Shown: piece by piece, positions 1-11,591 of the stretch | How positions within the stretch are numbered: position 1 is the first letter of the stretch | Layout: each line of letters begins with the position of its first letter | Assembly (NCBI GenBank): GCA_023205875.1 | Contig: CP060757.1 | Location: forward strand, 124,001 to 188,000 | Direction: 5' to 3' | Length of the DNA: 64,000 nt | From: Chloropicon primus | Taxonomy: Eukaryota | Program-made: the position numbers and the translations under genes | Notes under the pieces: generated by a model | What the model saw: only the letters and a program-made list of their open reading frames with translations | Told to the model about the DNA's origin: nothing | Databases searched by the model: none

Positions 1-1542
1 CCTCGAAGACGTCAGAGTAACCTTGGTCATGTAAGACAGGAGCTTCTGAAACGCAGGCGAGCCAAAGCATTCCTTCAGGTTGGAGAACAAGTCCCCGCCG
101 GCGTCACAGGTCATTTCAAGATAGCGCTGCTTGTGGGTCGGGCCCCTCATTTTCCAAGCACCGCCTACTCCAGACTCATACGGGGGTATCACGCCCTCGA
201 ACATTCCTTCTTCCTCGTCCTTGTCGTGAATCTGCTTGGACAGCTGGTCCACCAGAGCGTCATTCAAGAACTTGTACAACTGGATGTGCGAGTCATCCAC
301 AAACTTGTCCGCAATCCTTTCCACGGAGGACTTCACGAGATACTGAGGATTGATGTAGAGCGCCAAGCCCTCCACCTCACTTTCGGACAGCCAGCCGTCG
401 GCGTGCACCTCGGATGGAAGCTTGACGAAGGGATCCACCTTATCAAAGGCAGCGCACGGAGAATCGCCTTTCCACTCGCTTGATTTGCTGTTCACCAGAA
501 TCTGGTTCAGCGTCGCGTTCTCGGAACCCTCGGGGGGCTTCTCGCCATGGAACCAACCCGAGATGCTCAAGCGGGGCTTGTCCGTCACGATCACTTCCTC
601 AATGTCGTGAAAGCTCTTTCCTGGCTGCACGGCAAACATGACCATGGTGTTCCACGTAGGCAGAAGCCGCTTTATCGGGTGATAGTCCGGCAGCGGGAGC
701 TTCCTCGCCTTGCCCTTTGGGTCCACGATGCAGTCGTAGAGGGCCAGAGCGCCGCCGTCCTCGCTCTTCCACGGACTGTCCGGGTCCGTGAGATAGATGA
801 TGTAAGAAACCTTTCTGGTCCCGATCACGTCGTCGTGGCACAGCAGGTGCCCCCCTTGGGGGTAAATGTTGCAAGAGCAGTCCGTCTTATCGATGAGCTC
901 GCCGCTGCCTTTGGACGGACGCGAGGTGGATCAGAGAAATCGGCGGTGGTCAGCGCGAAACTGAAGGCGAAGGGAAGGGAGGGAGGAGGGGGCTTGTCGC
1001 CGTCGCGATATGTGTGTCCTCACCTAAACCTGCCACGTTCTCCACAAAGGTCCTGAACTCCTTGGAGTAAATCGTGTCCCTCAGCCTCTTCAGGTGAGGC
1101 AGCTGCCCCAGCGAGTTCTTGTCGAGGCCGTCCAAGTTGGCCAGATCTCCCGTCTGCAACACCTTGTAGATGTCCGTCTCCTTGAAGGTCGCCCTGAGGT
1201 TTGTGATGATCTCGTCCCGAACTTTCCTCAACCTAATTTTTTTTCGCGCGCGCAACGTGGGAGAAGAAAGAGGTCAGCCCGTGGGAACAAACAACAAATG
1301 AGAGCAGACCGGCACGCGGCATCGGCCGCCAGAGATCAAAGCACTCACACTTTCTCGTTGCACAATTCCTTGAGCACGCAGTGGCGATACGGTTTCGACT
1401 CCTGGAACTCTTTCGCGACCTCGTTCTTGACAACCTCGGAGTCAATGTCAATTCCAAGCACATCGCCTTCGACCTCTTCGACCAACCCCTCCCCCTCCTT
1501 TGCGGGAGCCCTCTTCCTCTTCGCTCCGAACCCTCGTGCCAT
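1..1542 (-). CDS. OGFOD1: Prolyl 3-hydroxylase OGFOD1/TPA1-like 2OG-Fe(II) dioxygenase; 3' end runs off the window
   Basis: Spliced model with exons 1542-1349, 1232-1024, ~908-<1 and GT..AG introns. Motifs: KETDIYKVLQTGDLANL, GHLLCHDDVIGTRKVSYIIYL (HxD), FAVQPGKSFHDIEEV, RLSISGWFHG. Confidence 0.88.
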
Positions 1543-3018
1543 TGCGGCGCACACACGCGAACGAACACACTTCACCACCTTCAATCTGCCTCGTTCCTCC
1601 GCCAAATGAGTCAACCAAGGCACCAAACCAAAGCTCGCGAGACGCTATTTCGCCTCACTCCGTCCCCTTCGCCTCCCCCCTTCCCTTTGGCGTTCAATCC
1701 GCCGCCAGTGTCCCTCCCTTGGTCCTCCTGCGGCCTCCAGCTGGACGTCTTCCAAAATTGTTTATCATATATTTAATAAGAAATGGTCGAGGCCAAGCCG
1801 CTCGCTCGTTCCCCGAGGAGAGGGGGAGGAAAGAGGAAAGAGGAAAGAGGAAAGAGGAAAGAGGAAAGGGTCGGTTTCCCGTCGCTTCCCCGACAGACAG
1901 GATGGGGTGTCCTTTCCTCTCTCCTCCTTGGCTTCCCTTAAGGGAAAGCATGAATGGATGGACCCCAACCCAAAACGAAAGAGGGGCCAAAGCAGGAGAG
2001 GTTCTGGCTGGGGAGACGGAAAGTAAAAGCGTTTTCTCGGTCGTCTTGTGAATCTTTTTCCAAGAGATTCTTTCCTCCCCTCGTGCTGGACAACGACAGA
2101 ATCATGTATTCGACAGCAAGGAAGGGAGGGAGCTAGGATACAACTCTTATCAATACGCGTCCTGGTCCTTGGACAGTCCTTCACCTATTCGATTAGGAGA
2201 GAGGATGGATGGGGACCCAACCACAAGCCTGCTTGGTGCTCTGTGCTTCTTTGCTCTGTGCTCTATGCTTCTTTGCTCTGTGCTTTCTCCAAGTCCACAC
2301 ACAGCACGCGTCTTTGAACGGAGAGAGGACCCAAGGAGATAGAAATAGATAGATAGGAGTAGGAGATAGGGAGGACAAAGGGAGTACAACTGGGGTGTGG
2401 ACAGAAGCGGAAGGGACAACAAGAGCTGCAGGGTAGGAGCCTGCCGACAACAAACTCGTCCTTGCGGGGGTGAAGAGGATCAACAGGAATACCTGAACCA
2501 AGACGACAGGCTAAATAAGGGAACCACTCGACACAAGACCGAAGAGTCGGAACGAACACAGGTACCTAGGTCAAGCCGGGTCTCGGGTTTTGTATCCACC
2601 ACGCTTGGAAGAGGAAGAAGAAGGAAAACCTGAACCAAAGAAAGAAAGAAACTGCTGCAAACTGCGCGACCGACCGACCGACCGGCAAGAGAAGGAGAAG
2701 GGGGTGCGGTGTCGGTGGCATCGATCGAGGCTTACCGCAAAGGAAAAAAAAAAAAAAGACAAAGAACTTTGCCTCGTGGGTTGAAAGTCTTTTTTTACGT
2801 CGAGAGAACATTGTGGCATGCATTCCTACGCTTGGTGAACTTTTTCATTGGTGAGGGTGAAGGAAGGGAAGGAGAAAGAATTTGTGTTCAAGGACGGTGG
2901 ACGGGACGGATTGGATCGACTATTGCTGATCAGTCTGACCACGGAAAGATTTGGTGAAAGAGAGAGAAGAAAGAAAAGATTGGCTGGTGCGTGACCAAGG
3001 AGACCAAACAAACTTGAT

Positions 3019-4392
3019 ATGCAGGGTGGAAACGCGACGAATGGTGCTCCATTTGGAGCCGTGCCTCAACAGGGTCAGCAGGTAGGCACCCAGAACCTCC
3101 AGCAGGGTGCTGCTCCGCCGCAGCACCCACAGATGATGACCCCCCCTGGAGCGATGACGGCAGCGATGCAAGTTCCTCCTCCTGCGAATGCTCAGCTCAA
3201 GAAGGCTCAGGCTCAGGCTCAGGCTGTCCAGAAGGCAGCAGCGAGTCCACAGAGCGCCTTGTCCAAGGAGCTGAGGGCCATGAACGGGAACGGCACTCCA
3301 GCTGCGGGAAACAAGGCGAGCACTTCGAAGCAGGACACGACCCAGACGAAGGAGAAGAGCTACCGTGGAGTCCGCCAGCGACCTTGGGGCAAGTGGGCCG
3401 CTGAGATCAGAGATCCTACTTTGGGACAAAGGAGGTGGCTGGGAACCTTCGACTCTGCGGAACAGGCCGCCAGGGCCTACGATGCTGCCGCCAGGCAGAT
3501 TAGGGGCCCCAACGCTAGGTGTAACTTTCCTGAGCCGTCCAATGGCCAGGCCGACCCCGTGCCAAAGGCAAAGCCGCCGTCACAGACCAAGAGGTCGAAC
3601 AAGAAGAGCGAGCCCAAGAAGAAGACTCAGAAGCAGCAGGCTGCCCAGGCCCAGAAAATGAATCAGGAGATGGCCAACATGCAGAACCAGCAGCAATACT
3701 TCGGCAACCAGTTTGCCATGAACCAGGTCCAGATGAACCAGGCCCAGATGGCGATGCAGTCGGCCGCGATGCAGAAGATGCTGTCAGACAACGCCGCCGC
3801 GGCTGCCATGGCTGGCGCGCCCCAGGTCCCCGGCTTCAACCAGCTGCCGAACATGCAAGCAATGCAGCAGATGCAGCAGCAGGGCGCATGGAGGAACGGC
3901 TTCCTCAGCGGGAGCCCCATAATGTTTGGAACCTCGCCCGGCCTCTTAGGGAGCTCTTACGACATGATGGAGCAGTGCGAGGCCTTGATGGCGGGCAGCA
4001 TCCCCACAGGAAGCCTCACTGGCTCCGGGAGCGTCCCTAGGAGGATATCCCTGAGCGAGCTCGGAGGTCTGGGAGGGCCAGACGGAGCCCAGCTGGACAT
4101 GGACGTCGACATGGGCACGGGGAGCATCCCAGGTATCGCCCCCGGGCTGTCCAGTTTCCAGCGCCAGGCCTTCCACATGCAGCACGGCCAAGGAAACTTC
4201 CAGGGGGGGAGGGAGCGAACCTTTTCTCAGGAGATGGGCTTCAGCTACGAGAATTTCATGTTCAGCCCAGTGACTCCAGGGTTTTTCGGCAGCCTGGGCA
4301 CGTCGCCCCCGACGTTTTGGCTGCAGGGTGGCGGGTTTCCAAACCAGCAAAACGGGCCCGAGGAGATGGCAGCACAGCAAACTCGCCAGTGA
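3019..4392 (+). CDS. AP2/ERF-domain transcription factor with Q/M-rich low-complexity regions
   Basis: Canonical AP2 domain [19 protein letters not shown]...[32 protein letters not shown]; 457-aa single ORF. Confidence 0.95.
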   Translation: MQGGNATNGAPFGAVPQQGQQVGTQNLQQGAAPPQHPQMMTPPGAMTAAMQVPPPANAQLKKAQAQAQAVQKAAASPQSALSKELRAMNGNGTPAAGNKASTSKQDTTQTKEKSYRGVRQRPWGKWAAEIRDPTLGQRRWLGTFDSAEQAARAYDAAARQIRGPNARCNFPEPSNGQADPVPKAKPPSQTKRSNKKSEPKKKTQKQQAAQAQKMNQEMANMQNQQQYFGNQFAMNQVQMNQAQMAMQSAAMQKMLSDNAAAAAMAGAPQVPGFNQLPNMQAMQQMQQQGAWRNGFLSGSPIMFGTSPGLLGSSYDMMEQCEALMAGSIPTGSLTGSGSVPRRISLSELGGLGGPDGAQLDMDVDMGTGSIPGIAPGLSSFQRQAFHMQHGQGNFQGGRERTFSQEMGFSYENFMFSPVTPGFFGSLGTSPPTFWLQGGGFPNQQNGPEEMAAQQTRQ

Positions 4393-4954
4393 GTTGTGTG
4401 CCGCAGGCACGAGGGTTGAGGCCGGGCGTGCTGCCCCCTTGACCCGTTTTAAGCATCATCGCACCGGCGCGCATGTCTCTCTTAAGGTTGGCTGCGTTGA
4501 GCGTTAGACGGAACAACGACCTCAAGAAGCAGAACCCAGGACACTCACGCGAGGTGCGAGAGCGGGAAGAACTATACTAAGGAATATAACAACAGACCGG
4601 GGTGTACGACTTAATAGTTTTTTATTTACAATACATTATTGTTGAACAACCACGCGCGGGACCTGTCCCTCCAGCACCCGGGGAGACGTCGTTGAAGCCA
4701 GCCTTGGCCCTTGGTCCCTCTCCCTCTGACGCTGGCAAAGCCTTCTAGAGCTCAAGAGAGAGAGCTCAAGAGAGAGAGAGAGAGAGATGGGGATCCCTTT
4801 GGATCGAGGAGAAAGAGGCAATGCATCCAACCGTGCATCCAACCCTGCCACCTCTCCTCTTCCTCCTTCCCTTCCCTTGGAATCGAATCGATCTGGCCCC
4901 TTGAGAGCAAGATCAGCCAGAGTCGAGTTCGCGGAGAGGAGAGAGAGGAGAGCG

Positions 4955-5740
4955 ATGAGGAGGTGTCGTGTCCCAACGTTGGGCGAGTGGAGCGGAGGCC
5001 CGGCCACGAGAACGGAGGGGAGACACGCGAGGTCACGGAGCGCCGGCCCCTCCCCGAGGGTGGTCGTGGCCAACGCCCTTGAGGGACAGAGATGTCACTT
5101 CGTTCCAGGGCCACTCGATTCCTTGCACGGGGCGAGGACAGAGGACGTGGAGATCTTGTACACGCAGGCCAAGGAGGCGTACTTCAGCGGGATACCTATA
5201 CTGAGCGACGACGACTTTGACAATATCGAGTCTTTGCTCCGGTACGAGAAGTCCTCGCTGGTGTCGAAGGGGCCGAGGTGCAGCCTGAGGGGGTTGAACA
5301 TCTACAGCGACGCGAGCTTGGACAAGGGACAAACGTTCCTCCTCGCGAGTTTCTGGTCGTTCCTTTCGGTTCTGAGCTACGGCTGCGCCGCGAGGAGCTT
5401 GCCTGGCATGCTCCACGCCGAGGCGTTTGACACCCTGAACGTTGTTGTGGGACTGGGGTTCTTCTCGGCTTTCTTCAGGTGCCTGTTGAACGTTCTAAAG
5501 GGCAACGAGGTGGCAGTCAAAGGGAACTGCCCAAACTGCGGGGAGGAGGTCTACGCCTTCGCGGATTTCAAGGACGTGGAAGAGGAGGAGTGCGAGACCG
5601 AGTGCTTGTGCCACATGTGCAGGAGGCCGCTCGTCTACAGAATCACAAAGCACAAGGGCATCATCAGGCCGATCGCGAACGGCGAGTGGGCCTATGGGAA
5701 GATTTACTCGAAGAGCATCGCTGAAGACTACTCCCCGTGA
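4955..5740 (+). CDS. PGRL1-family (PGR5-like) thylakoid protein
   Basis: AYFSGIPILSDDDFDNI...GPRCSLR...YSD, two TM segments, GNCPNCG and CHMCR Cys pairs. Transit-peptide-like N-terminus from ATG 4955; the ORF is open from 4787. Confidence 0.85.
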   Translation: MRRCRVPTLGEWSGGPATRTEGRHARSRSAGPSPRVVVANALEGQRCHFVPGPLDSLHGARTEDVEILYTQAKEAYFSGIPILSDDDFDNIESLLRYEKSSLVSKGPRCSLRGLNIYSDASLDKGQTFLLASFWSFLSVLSYGCAARSLPGMLHAEAFDTLNVVVGLGFFSAFFRCLLNVLKGNEVAVKGNCPNCGEEVYAFADFKDVEEEECETECLCHMCRRPLVYRITKHKGIIRPIANGEWAYGKIYSKSIAEDYSP

Positions 5741-5783
5741 CGTGGCCCTTGTGGGAGAGAAATAATAAATGTAAATTGTTTTG

Positions 5784-8204
5784 TTACTTTGCGAGTTTTT
5801 TGTTTTGAGTTCTCCTTTCCTTTCCTTTCCTTCCCAGGTAGAGCCAAGTCAGGTCTTCCTTCACCTCGTTCTCGCTCGGGCACTCCCCAACAAGTATGCA
5901 GCTGTTCCCCTTCTGCGATTTGGCCTTTGCCGAGGGTCTCCGAGGGGGGGCAGGGTTGAAGCGGCCCATCCTGCTCCCGTACTCCTCAAACAGCTCGCCC
6001 ACGTCGTTCACGTTCAGTATGCTCGAGGGGTCCTTGAGCAAGTCCGAAGTGTTACTTGATATGACGGTGCCCACGGAGGAGGCCACGTGAGGGTGGTAGT
6101 GCTTGCCAAGCAAAGATAGCTCCCACAGCGGGCAAGTGTTTCTGCCGTGCAGGTCCAGCGTGCCCTCAAAGTCGCTGTAGGTGTACACGGAATTGACCTC
6201 GTCGTTTTCCAGGAGCGCCCTCGTCGAGACGTAGCGCTGCAACAACCTAGCAACCAGGTGCACGCTCCCGAGGGTCTCGTCGCTGCAAGCTTCACTGAGG
6301 CTGCACATGCAAATTCGTTTCATGAAGTTGATGACCCTTTTCCTGTCCATGACTCTCCTGTGAAGCAGCGCGGCCTGGATAGCTTGCGCGACAACTGACT
6401 GAGGATTCGCTTGATTCTCCTTCTCCACCAGGCCTCGAGGCAGGAACTTCTCCTTGAGAGCAAGCTCGTACAGCGTCGTGTCGAACCGGAGCGTGTCAAT
6501 GTTGAGGGCCTTGCCTGGGCCGTCCAAAATCTGATATACGCAGTTCAGGCACTGGAACTTCTGGGACCTCGGCACGGCATCCTCGTTGCATATGGTGTAC
6601 AGCCAATTGAAGAGGTCCTTCATGAAGTCGATATTTATGTACATGCAGAACTTGGCCAAGCAGGAAAGCGTTGAGCTCAGCAAGGGCCAGCTGAAGTCCT
6701 TCTTCACGTTCACCTCCTCCTCCCCGAAGACTATACCGTCTTTGAAGTTCTTCAGCACTCTGAAAACGCACTCGAACATCCCTTCGATGATCTTCGTCTG
6801 TATTTTCATCTTTTCCTTCACACCCTGCGTGGCTGTACCCAGATGGTAATCGACGTCCCTGCCCTCCCTAAGAGCAGCGTCTCGCTTCCTCCGCTTCTCA
6901 TTCGCCCTCCTTTGCTTCTCCTTCCTGCTCAAATGCACGCTGTCGTCTTCCTCCGCCTGCAAGAGCTTCCTCGTCAAGTCGTCGCTGAGGCGAATGACTT
7001 TCATGATCTCGATCATGCCGCCGTTCAGCATGCAGTCGTTCTTCCTGATGTAGTCTGCGATCAACTGGAGCACCTCGAGAGTGGCTTCGCCGTCCTTGTC
7101 GATCCTGAACAGCTGCTCCACGCAATCCAAGCACAAAGCCGAGACATCAGAGAACTTGGAGTTCATCAAGGGAATGACCTGTTTCAAGATATCACTTCGG
7201 TAGTTGAAGTTGTAGTTGGACCTGAGCAGGTTGCACAGGCACTTGCAGGCCGCCACTTTGACCTCCTTGACCCCAGATTTGTTCTTCTTGAAGAGTATCC
7301 GCAAGAAGGCTTGGTACGTCCTCAAGAGCATCGACTCGTAATTGTGCTGCTTCCTCACGTCCTTGGACAGATTCATGTCCGACTCGTCGATCGACTTGAT
7401 CTTATAACTGGGAAGGATGTCCTTGAAGACCGCCTGGAGAGAGAGCATGGCGAGCTGGCAGACCTGGTGGTCTTGCAGCCTCGCAAAGTCCAGAAGAACG
7501 CCCAGGTTTTCCTCCCCTTTGCTCTCTGGCTTCTCGATCGCCGACACGCTGCAGATGGCGATCTTCCTCTTGATCGCCGGGTAATCCTCCGGCTTCGGAG
7601 GAACCCTCGAGACCCTCCCTCCCGGCTGCTTCTTCGCCGCTTTCCCCTCGCCCTCTGCAGGATCCCCGCCCGCCTCTCCCGAGCCCCGCGGGGTCTCCAC
7701 CAGATCCCCACGGTCCGACTTCGAGGCACCGTTCACCCTCACCGATTCCCTCGCCGATTCCGCGATCTCTATCGCTGCCTCAACTCCTCCCTCCAAGTTC
7801 TTCACGGGCAACAGAGGCACCCGAGCCTTCCCTTGCTCGTCCTTCCCCTTCCCCTCCTCCTTGCTCTTCCTCGGCTTGCTTTCGTACTTGTCCATAATCC
7901 CGTCCTCCTCCTCGCTCCGCGGGACAGAAACATCTTTGAAGTCCGCTCTCTCGAACTCGTGCAAGAACGTCGCGCCATGCGAGCTCTTGCCCAGACTCTG
8001 CACAAATTCAATGTCTCCCTCATCGAACTCAACGTCCTCGTCGTTCACGACTGTCGTGTCGCCCACGCCGTTGTCGGCGACGGCGCGCTTCTGCTTCTTC
8101 TTCGCCGCCGGCCTGTCCTTCGACGCTATGGTTCTTTTCTTCGCTCCGCTTCCGCCGGACCCTCGCTGGGCCTCCTTCTGCTTCTTCTGCCTCCTGTTCT
8201 TCAT
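5784..8204 (-). CDS. NOC3: Nucleolar complex-associated protein 3 (NOC3, CBF/Mak21 domain)
   Basis: AMLSLQAVFKDILPSYKI, NFNYRSDIL, LAKFCMYINIDF, LWELSLLGKHYHPHV; basic N-terminus from ATG 8204. Confidence 0.92.
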   Translation of the reverse strand: MKNRRQKKQKEAQRGSGGSGAKKRTIASKDRPAAKKKQKRAVADNGVGDTTVVNDEDVEFDEGDIEFVQSLGKSSHGATFLHEFERADFKDVSVPRSEEEDGIMDKYESKPRKSKEEGKGKDEQGKARVPLLPVKNLEGGVEAAIEIAESARESVRVNGASKSDRGDLVETPRGSGEAGGDPAEGEGKAAKKQPGGRVSRVPPKPEDYPAIKRKIAICSVSAIEKPESKGEENLGVLLDFARLQDHQVCQLAMLSLQAVFKDILPSYKIKSIDESDMNLSKDVRKQHNYESMLLRTYQAFLRILFKKNKSGVKEVKVAACKCLCNLLRSNYNFNYRSDILKQVIPLMNSKFSDVSALCLDCVEQLFRIDKDGEATLEVLQLIADYIRKNDCMLNGGMIEIMKVIRLSDDLTRKLLQAEEDDSVHLSRKEKQRRANEKRRKRDAALREGRDVDYHLGTATQGVKEKMKIQTKIIEGMFECVFRVLKNFKDGIVFGEEEVNVKKDFSWPLLSSTLSCLAKFCMYINIDFMKDLFNWLYTICNEDAVPRSQKFQCLNCVYQILDGPGKALNIDTLRFDTTLYELALKEKFLPRGLVEKENQANPQSVVAQAIQAALLHRRVMDRKRVINFMKRICMCSLSEACSDETLGSVHLVARLLQRYVSTRALLENDEVNSVYTYSDFEGTLDLHGRNTCPLWELSLLGKHYHPHVASSVGTVISSNTSDLLKDPSSILNVNDVGELFEEYGSRMGRFNPAPPRRPSAKAKSQKGNSCILVGECPSENEVKEDLTWLYLGRKGKERRTQNKKLAK

Positions 8205-8395
8205 CGCGGCGCTTCGCCGCCCTGCAGGTGCCGGCTCAATCGGTGATCGGTGTGATGCACCCCGCTGGTTGGAGAGCTCTCTGGTGGCGGTGGTCGTGAG
8301 GAGAGGGAGGGGAGGGGAGGGGATTATTGATCCAGAGCCTTCTGGCTCTCCAGCAGGATGATTCCAGCAGGATGATTCCCTTTGGTTTATATGTC

Positions 8396-9505
8396 TCACT
8401 TGTTTACAAAACGTTGCTGTTGCTGTTTGCTCTCGCCGCTCTCGTCGTCGTCTTCGATATTGTACACGTGTTCGATCTGGCCCTCGATGTTTCTCTTTAT
8501 CCTCGGCCAGATGGGGAGCCCGCGGATGCCGTGTGAAAAGTGCTGAAAGGTGGGCGCCTTTCCCCGGATCACACCAAAGAGAGGGAGGATCATGTTGTCG
8601 TCGAAAGTCTCGATGTAAGAGGACGACAACGTGTGTATCGCTTCGTTGCACACCGAACCCTTGGCGAGGATGCTGTCCATGGCGTCCTGGTCCTTCTTGT
8701 ACCTCTTAAAGTCGTCGCTCGAGGACTCGTCGATCCATTCCTGCAAGCACCTCCTCGTCGCCTCGGTGTTCGTCATGTACACGAAGCCGCCCAGGAACTT
8801 GTTGCAGCCCTTGCACCACGAATCCAGAAACATCCCTATGTCTTTTGGGTTCTCGTTCGCGAGGAAGTCATGCAGGCAGCCCACCGGGAGGATGTCCGCA
8901 TCGATGTAGATGAGCCGGGTCGCGTTGTTCGGAACCAGATCGAACAGCTGCCTCTTGAAATTCTTCATGTGCATCATCGTCGGCGTCTCCGGGGCGACTA
9001 TGACTTCGTACTTGGCCCTGTTGTTCTCGCAAGCCGCTTCAGAGATAAAGTCCTGCCTGTCGGAGATCACATAGATCGGTCCCTGCCAATTGCTCTCGAA
9101 CCTCAGGAGGTTGATGCTGTGGCAAAGGAACGAGTAGTCACACCCCGCGCCGTTACATATGTACACCATCCCGTCCAACCTCTCCTGGGTCACGGGCTCG
9201 CACTGATCACTCGCCAGCCTCAGCGGCTGCACCTTGAGCTGGGACCGCATGCTCATCAGCAGACACGTCGTCGAAAGGAGCGTCAGCCCAATGACAAACG
9301 TTTGCAGCTCCCTGTCCTTCAACTTCCTTTGCAGTGAGGACCCTTTGTCTCCATGCTGCGCACCTTTGGCGTTCTTGTAATACCCGCTGCCGTACCTCGA
9401 ACCACCATCGAAGGCAGAGGCAGAGGCAGAGGCAGAGGACGACACGCCCCCTTCCCCGTGCGAGGACTTGTGCCTGTGCTTTGTCGTCGCCATTGCCATC
9501 GCCAT
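8396..9505 (-). CDS. Type II membrane glycosyltransferase-like protein (GT-A fold, DxD)
   Basis: N-terminal TM helix (FVIGLTLLSTTCLLM), LIYIDADIL, FLGGFVYM, KDQDAMD, QHFSHG. Confidence 0.7.
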   Translation of the reverse strand: MAMAMATTKHRHKSSHGEGGVSSSASASASAFDGGSRYGSGYYKNAKGAQHGDKGSSLQRKLKDRELQTFVIGLTLLSTTCLLMSMRSQLKVQPLRLASDQCEPVTQERLDGMVYICNGAGCDYSFLCHSINLLRFESNWQGPIYVISDRQDFISEAACENNRAKYEVIVAPETPTMMHMKNFKRQLFDLVPNNATRLIYIDADILPVGCLHDFLANENPKDIGMFLDSWCKGCNKFLGGFVYMTNTEATRRCLQEWIDESSSDDFKRYKKDQDAMDSILAKGSVCNEAIHTLSSSYIETFDDNMILPLFGVIRGKAPTFQHFSHGIRGLPIWPRIKRNIEGQIEHVYNIEDDDESGESKQQQQRFVNK

Positions 9506-10042
9506 AGCACACGCACACACAGCACCTTTGGCTTTGGCCTTCTCCCCTCCTCGCTCAAAACTTGCGCGACGGACGGCAATGTAAGTGAGGGGGACCTATG
9601 GAAAGCTCGCGAGACGCGCTTTAATGTTCCAAGGGTCTCAGCAAGCATCCGCTTCGTCCTGGCCCTTCCGCTACACCTTTCCCTTTGCCTTCCACACCTT
9701 TGGCCTCCTCCTCTCCTTTCAAATCGATCGTACAGCTACTCTGCAATCTACTCTGAAAAATGAAGTTGGAGACGCGCAGGATCACTCTCGCCTTCTTTCG
9801 AGCGAGGGAAGGAAAGGTGAGGACGAGTGACACGCCTCCTCTCCCGATCTCTCTCTCTCTTCATGCCATCCCCCTCTCCCTTCCTCATCTCATCTCATCT
9901 CATCTCATCTCCTCTGCTCCGCTCTGCTCTGGCTTTCCTCCATCACTTCACTGCTTCACTGGTTGGTGTTCTTTCGAGCGAGGGAAGAGAAGGAAAGAAC
10001 AATTACCTGAGAGATCCTTGACTTGAGCATCCTCTCCACCCA

Positions 10043-10076
<34 letters not shown>

Positions 10077-10522
10077 TCTCTCTTTCTTCCTCCTCCTCCC
10101 TTCCCTCTGTCTCTCCATCCTGCCAGGTGGTCTCACTGGAGGGGAACGAAGGGGAAGGGTGAGTGTGTCGCGGGACGTGCGGGACGAGGACGACGGCAAA
10201 GGAGAGAGGGGAGGCCGCAGGGGGGAGCGTCTCGTCGCGCTCTTTCGATCGACCCCTCTCTTGCGGACAGTGTACCGCCCTGGGTAAAGCAAAACAGAAC
10301 GAAGAGACAGACAGAGAGAGAGAGAGAGGAGCAAGGAACTCTGTTCCGTTGTCGAGGTTGACTGGAGCGGAGGTCGAGGAGAGGGGTAGCACCAGGTGGA
10401 TTCCTGCGTCCGTGGCAAGCGGCAGGACTCTCGACGCTCTTGAAGTGGACCGAGCTAGAGGAGAGAACCTTCCTCTCCTCTTTTACCCAAAAATCTAGAC
10501 CCAAGGAAGAGGACTGGATTGG

Positions 10523-11497
10523 ATGGAAGCGATGGAGTGCGGGAGGAGGCCGGGAGTGACGAGGTTGCCGTCGAGTCTAAGCGGCAGGATGGACGTCCCC
10601 GCTCACGTCATCCACACCCAGTTCGAGGAAATGTGGGACAAGCTCATCAACCAAGGCGGGCGGCAGAGGGGTCGAGAAAAGTTTCCTTGTCGAGAGCAAA
10701 GCCAGCAGAGGCGGGAGGTGGAAGATGCCCCCAGGAAACCTGCCGTCGTCGTCGCCCCAATCGTGCCCCAGAAGAGGCTGGCGCCGAGAAAGCCCACGAG
10801 CCCTGCATCGAAACGGAAGAGATCCAACAAAATGCCGTCGTCGCCGCCAAAAGCGCAGCGAGTGGCACCGAGCGACCGGCGCTGCAAGTGGCAACCCGAG
10901 GAGCGCGAGGTGTTCATGACGGTGTACAGGCAGCACGGGCGGGACTGGGAGGAGCTTGCGAGGAGAATTCCTGGAAAGACAGAGAAGCAGATCAAGAACT
11001 ACTACATGAATTGCAAGAAAAAGCTTGGGCTTGAGGCGATCGACCTTCCCGAAGCAGCGAGAACGGGTAGAAGGAAGAGGGCAGCCCCGAGCCCGAAGAA
11101 GGACCCCCTTGCCAAGGAAGCGGGATCTGACGCGCAGTGCTTGATCTGCTTCGAGGCCCTGGGCGGACCAAAGCAGGGGAGGCGCATCCTTCGGCCGTGC
11201 GGGCACAAATTCCACGGCAAGTGCATCAAGCAGTGGCTGAAGAAGCAAAACACGTGCCCGCTTTGCAGAGTGCGCATCACCCACTTTGAGGGAAGGAAGC
11301 TGGAAGACAAGGACCAGCACGGACTCGCCACTTACTATGACACCTTGGTCTGCGAGGCGTGCAACAGTGGTGAAAGGGAGGAGGAAATCGTTCTTTGCGA
11401 CGCGTGTGATGCGGGGTATCACATGGGGTGCTTGGAGCCGCCGCTGACGGAACTGCCACATGACCTTTGGTTTTGTCCAAGTTGTTCGCGGGAGTAG
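10523..11497 (+). CDS. SANT/Myb + RING-H2 + PHD finger protein
   Basis: KWQPEERE...HGRDWEELARRIPGKTEKQIKNYY (SANT); CLIC..CGHKFHGKC..CPLCR (RING); CEAC..CDACDAGYHMGC..WFCPSC (PHD). Confidence 0.88.
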   Translation: MEAMECGRRPGVTRLPSSLSGRMDVPAHVIHTQFEEMWDKLINQGGRQRGREKFPCREQSQQRREVEDAPRKPAVVVAPIVPQKRLAPRKPTSPASKRKRSNKMPSSPPKAQRVAPSDRRCKWQPEEREVFMTVYRQHGRDWEELARRIPGKTEKQIKNYYMNCKKKLGLEAIDLPEAARTGRRKRAAPSPKKDPLAKEAGSDAQCLICFEALGGPKQGRRILRPCGHKFHGKCIKQWLKKQNTCPLCRVRITHFEGRKLEDKDQHGLATYYDTLVCEACNSGEREEEIVLCDACDAGYHMGCLEPPLTELPHDLWFCPSCSRE

Positions 11498-11591
11498 CAA
11501 CCCGACGATTTGTTTCTGTTTCTTAGTGTGTATATAAATTGCTGTTGTACTATGTACTACATTTTAGTCGTGTTGGCCCCCAAAGCTCGCG

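Noticed and set aside
1600..3018. Protein-coding gene or ncRNA in the long region upstream of the AP2 gene
   Set aside because: Only short low-complexity ORFs and a (GAGGAAA)n tract; more likely promoter, 5'UTR or intron, and no recognisable RNA structure.
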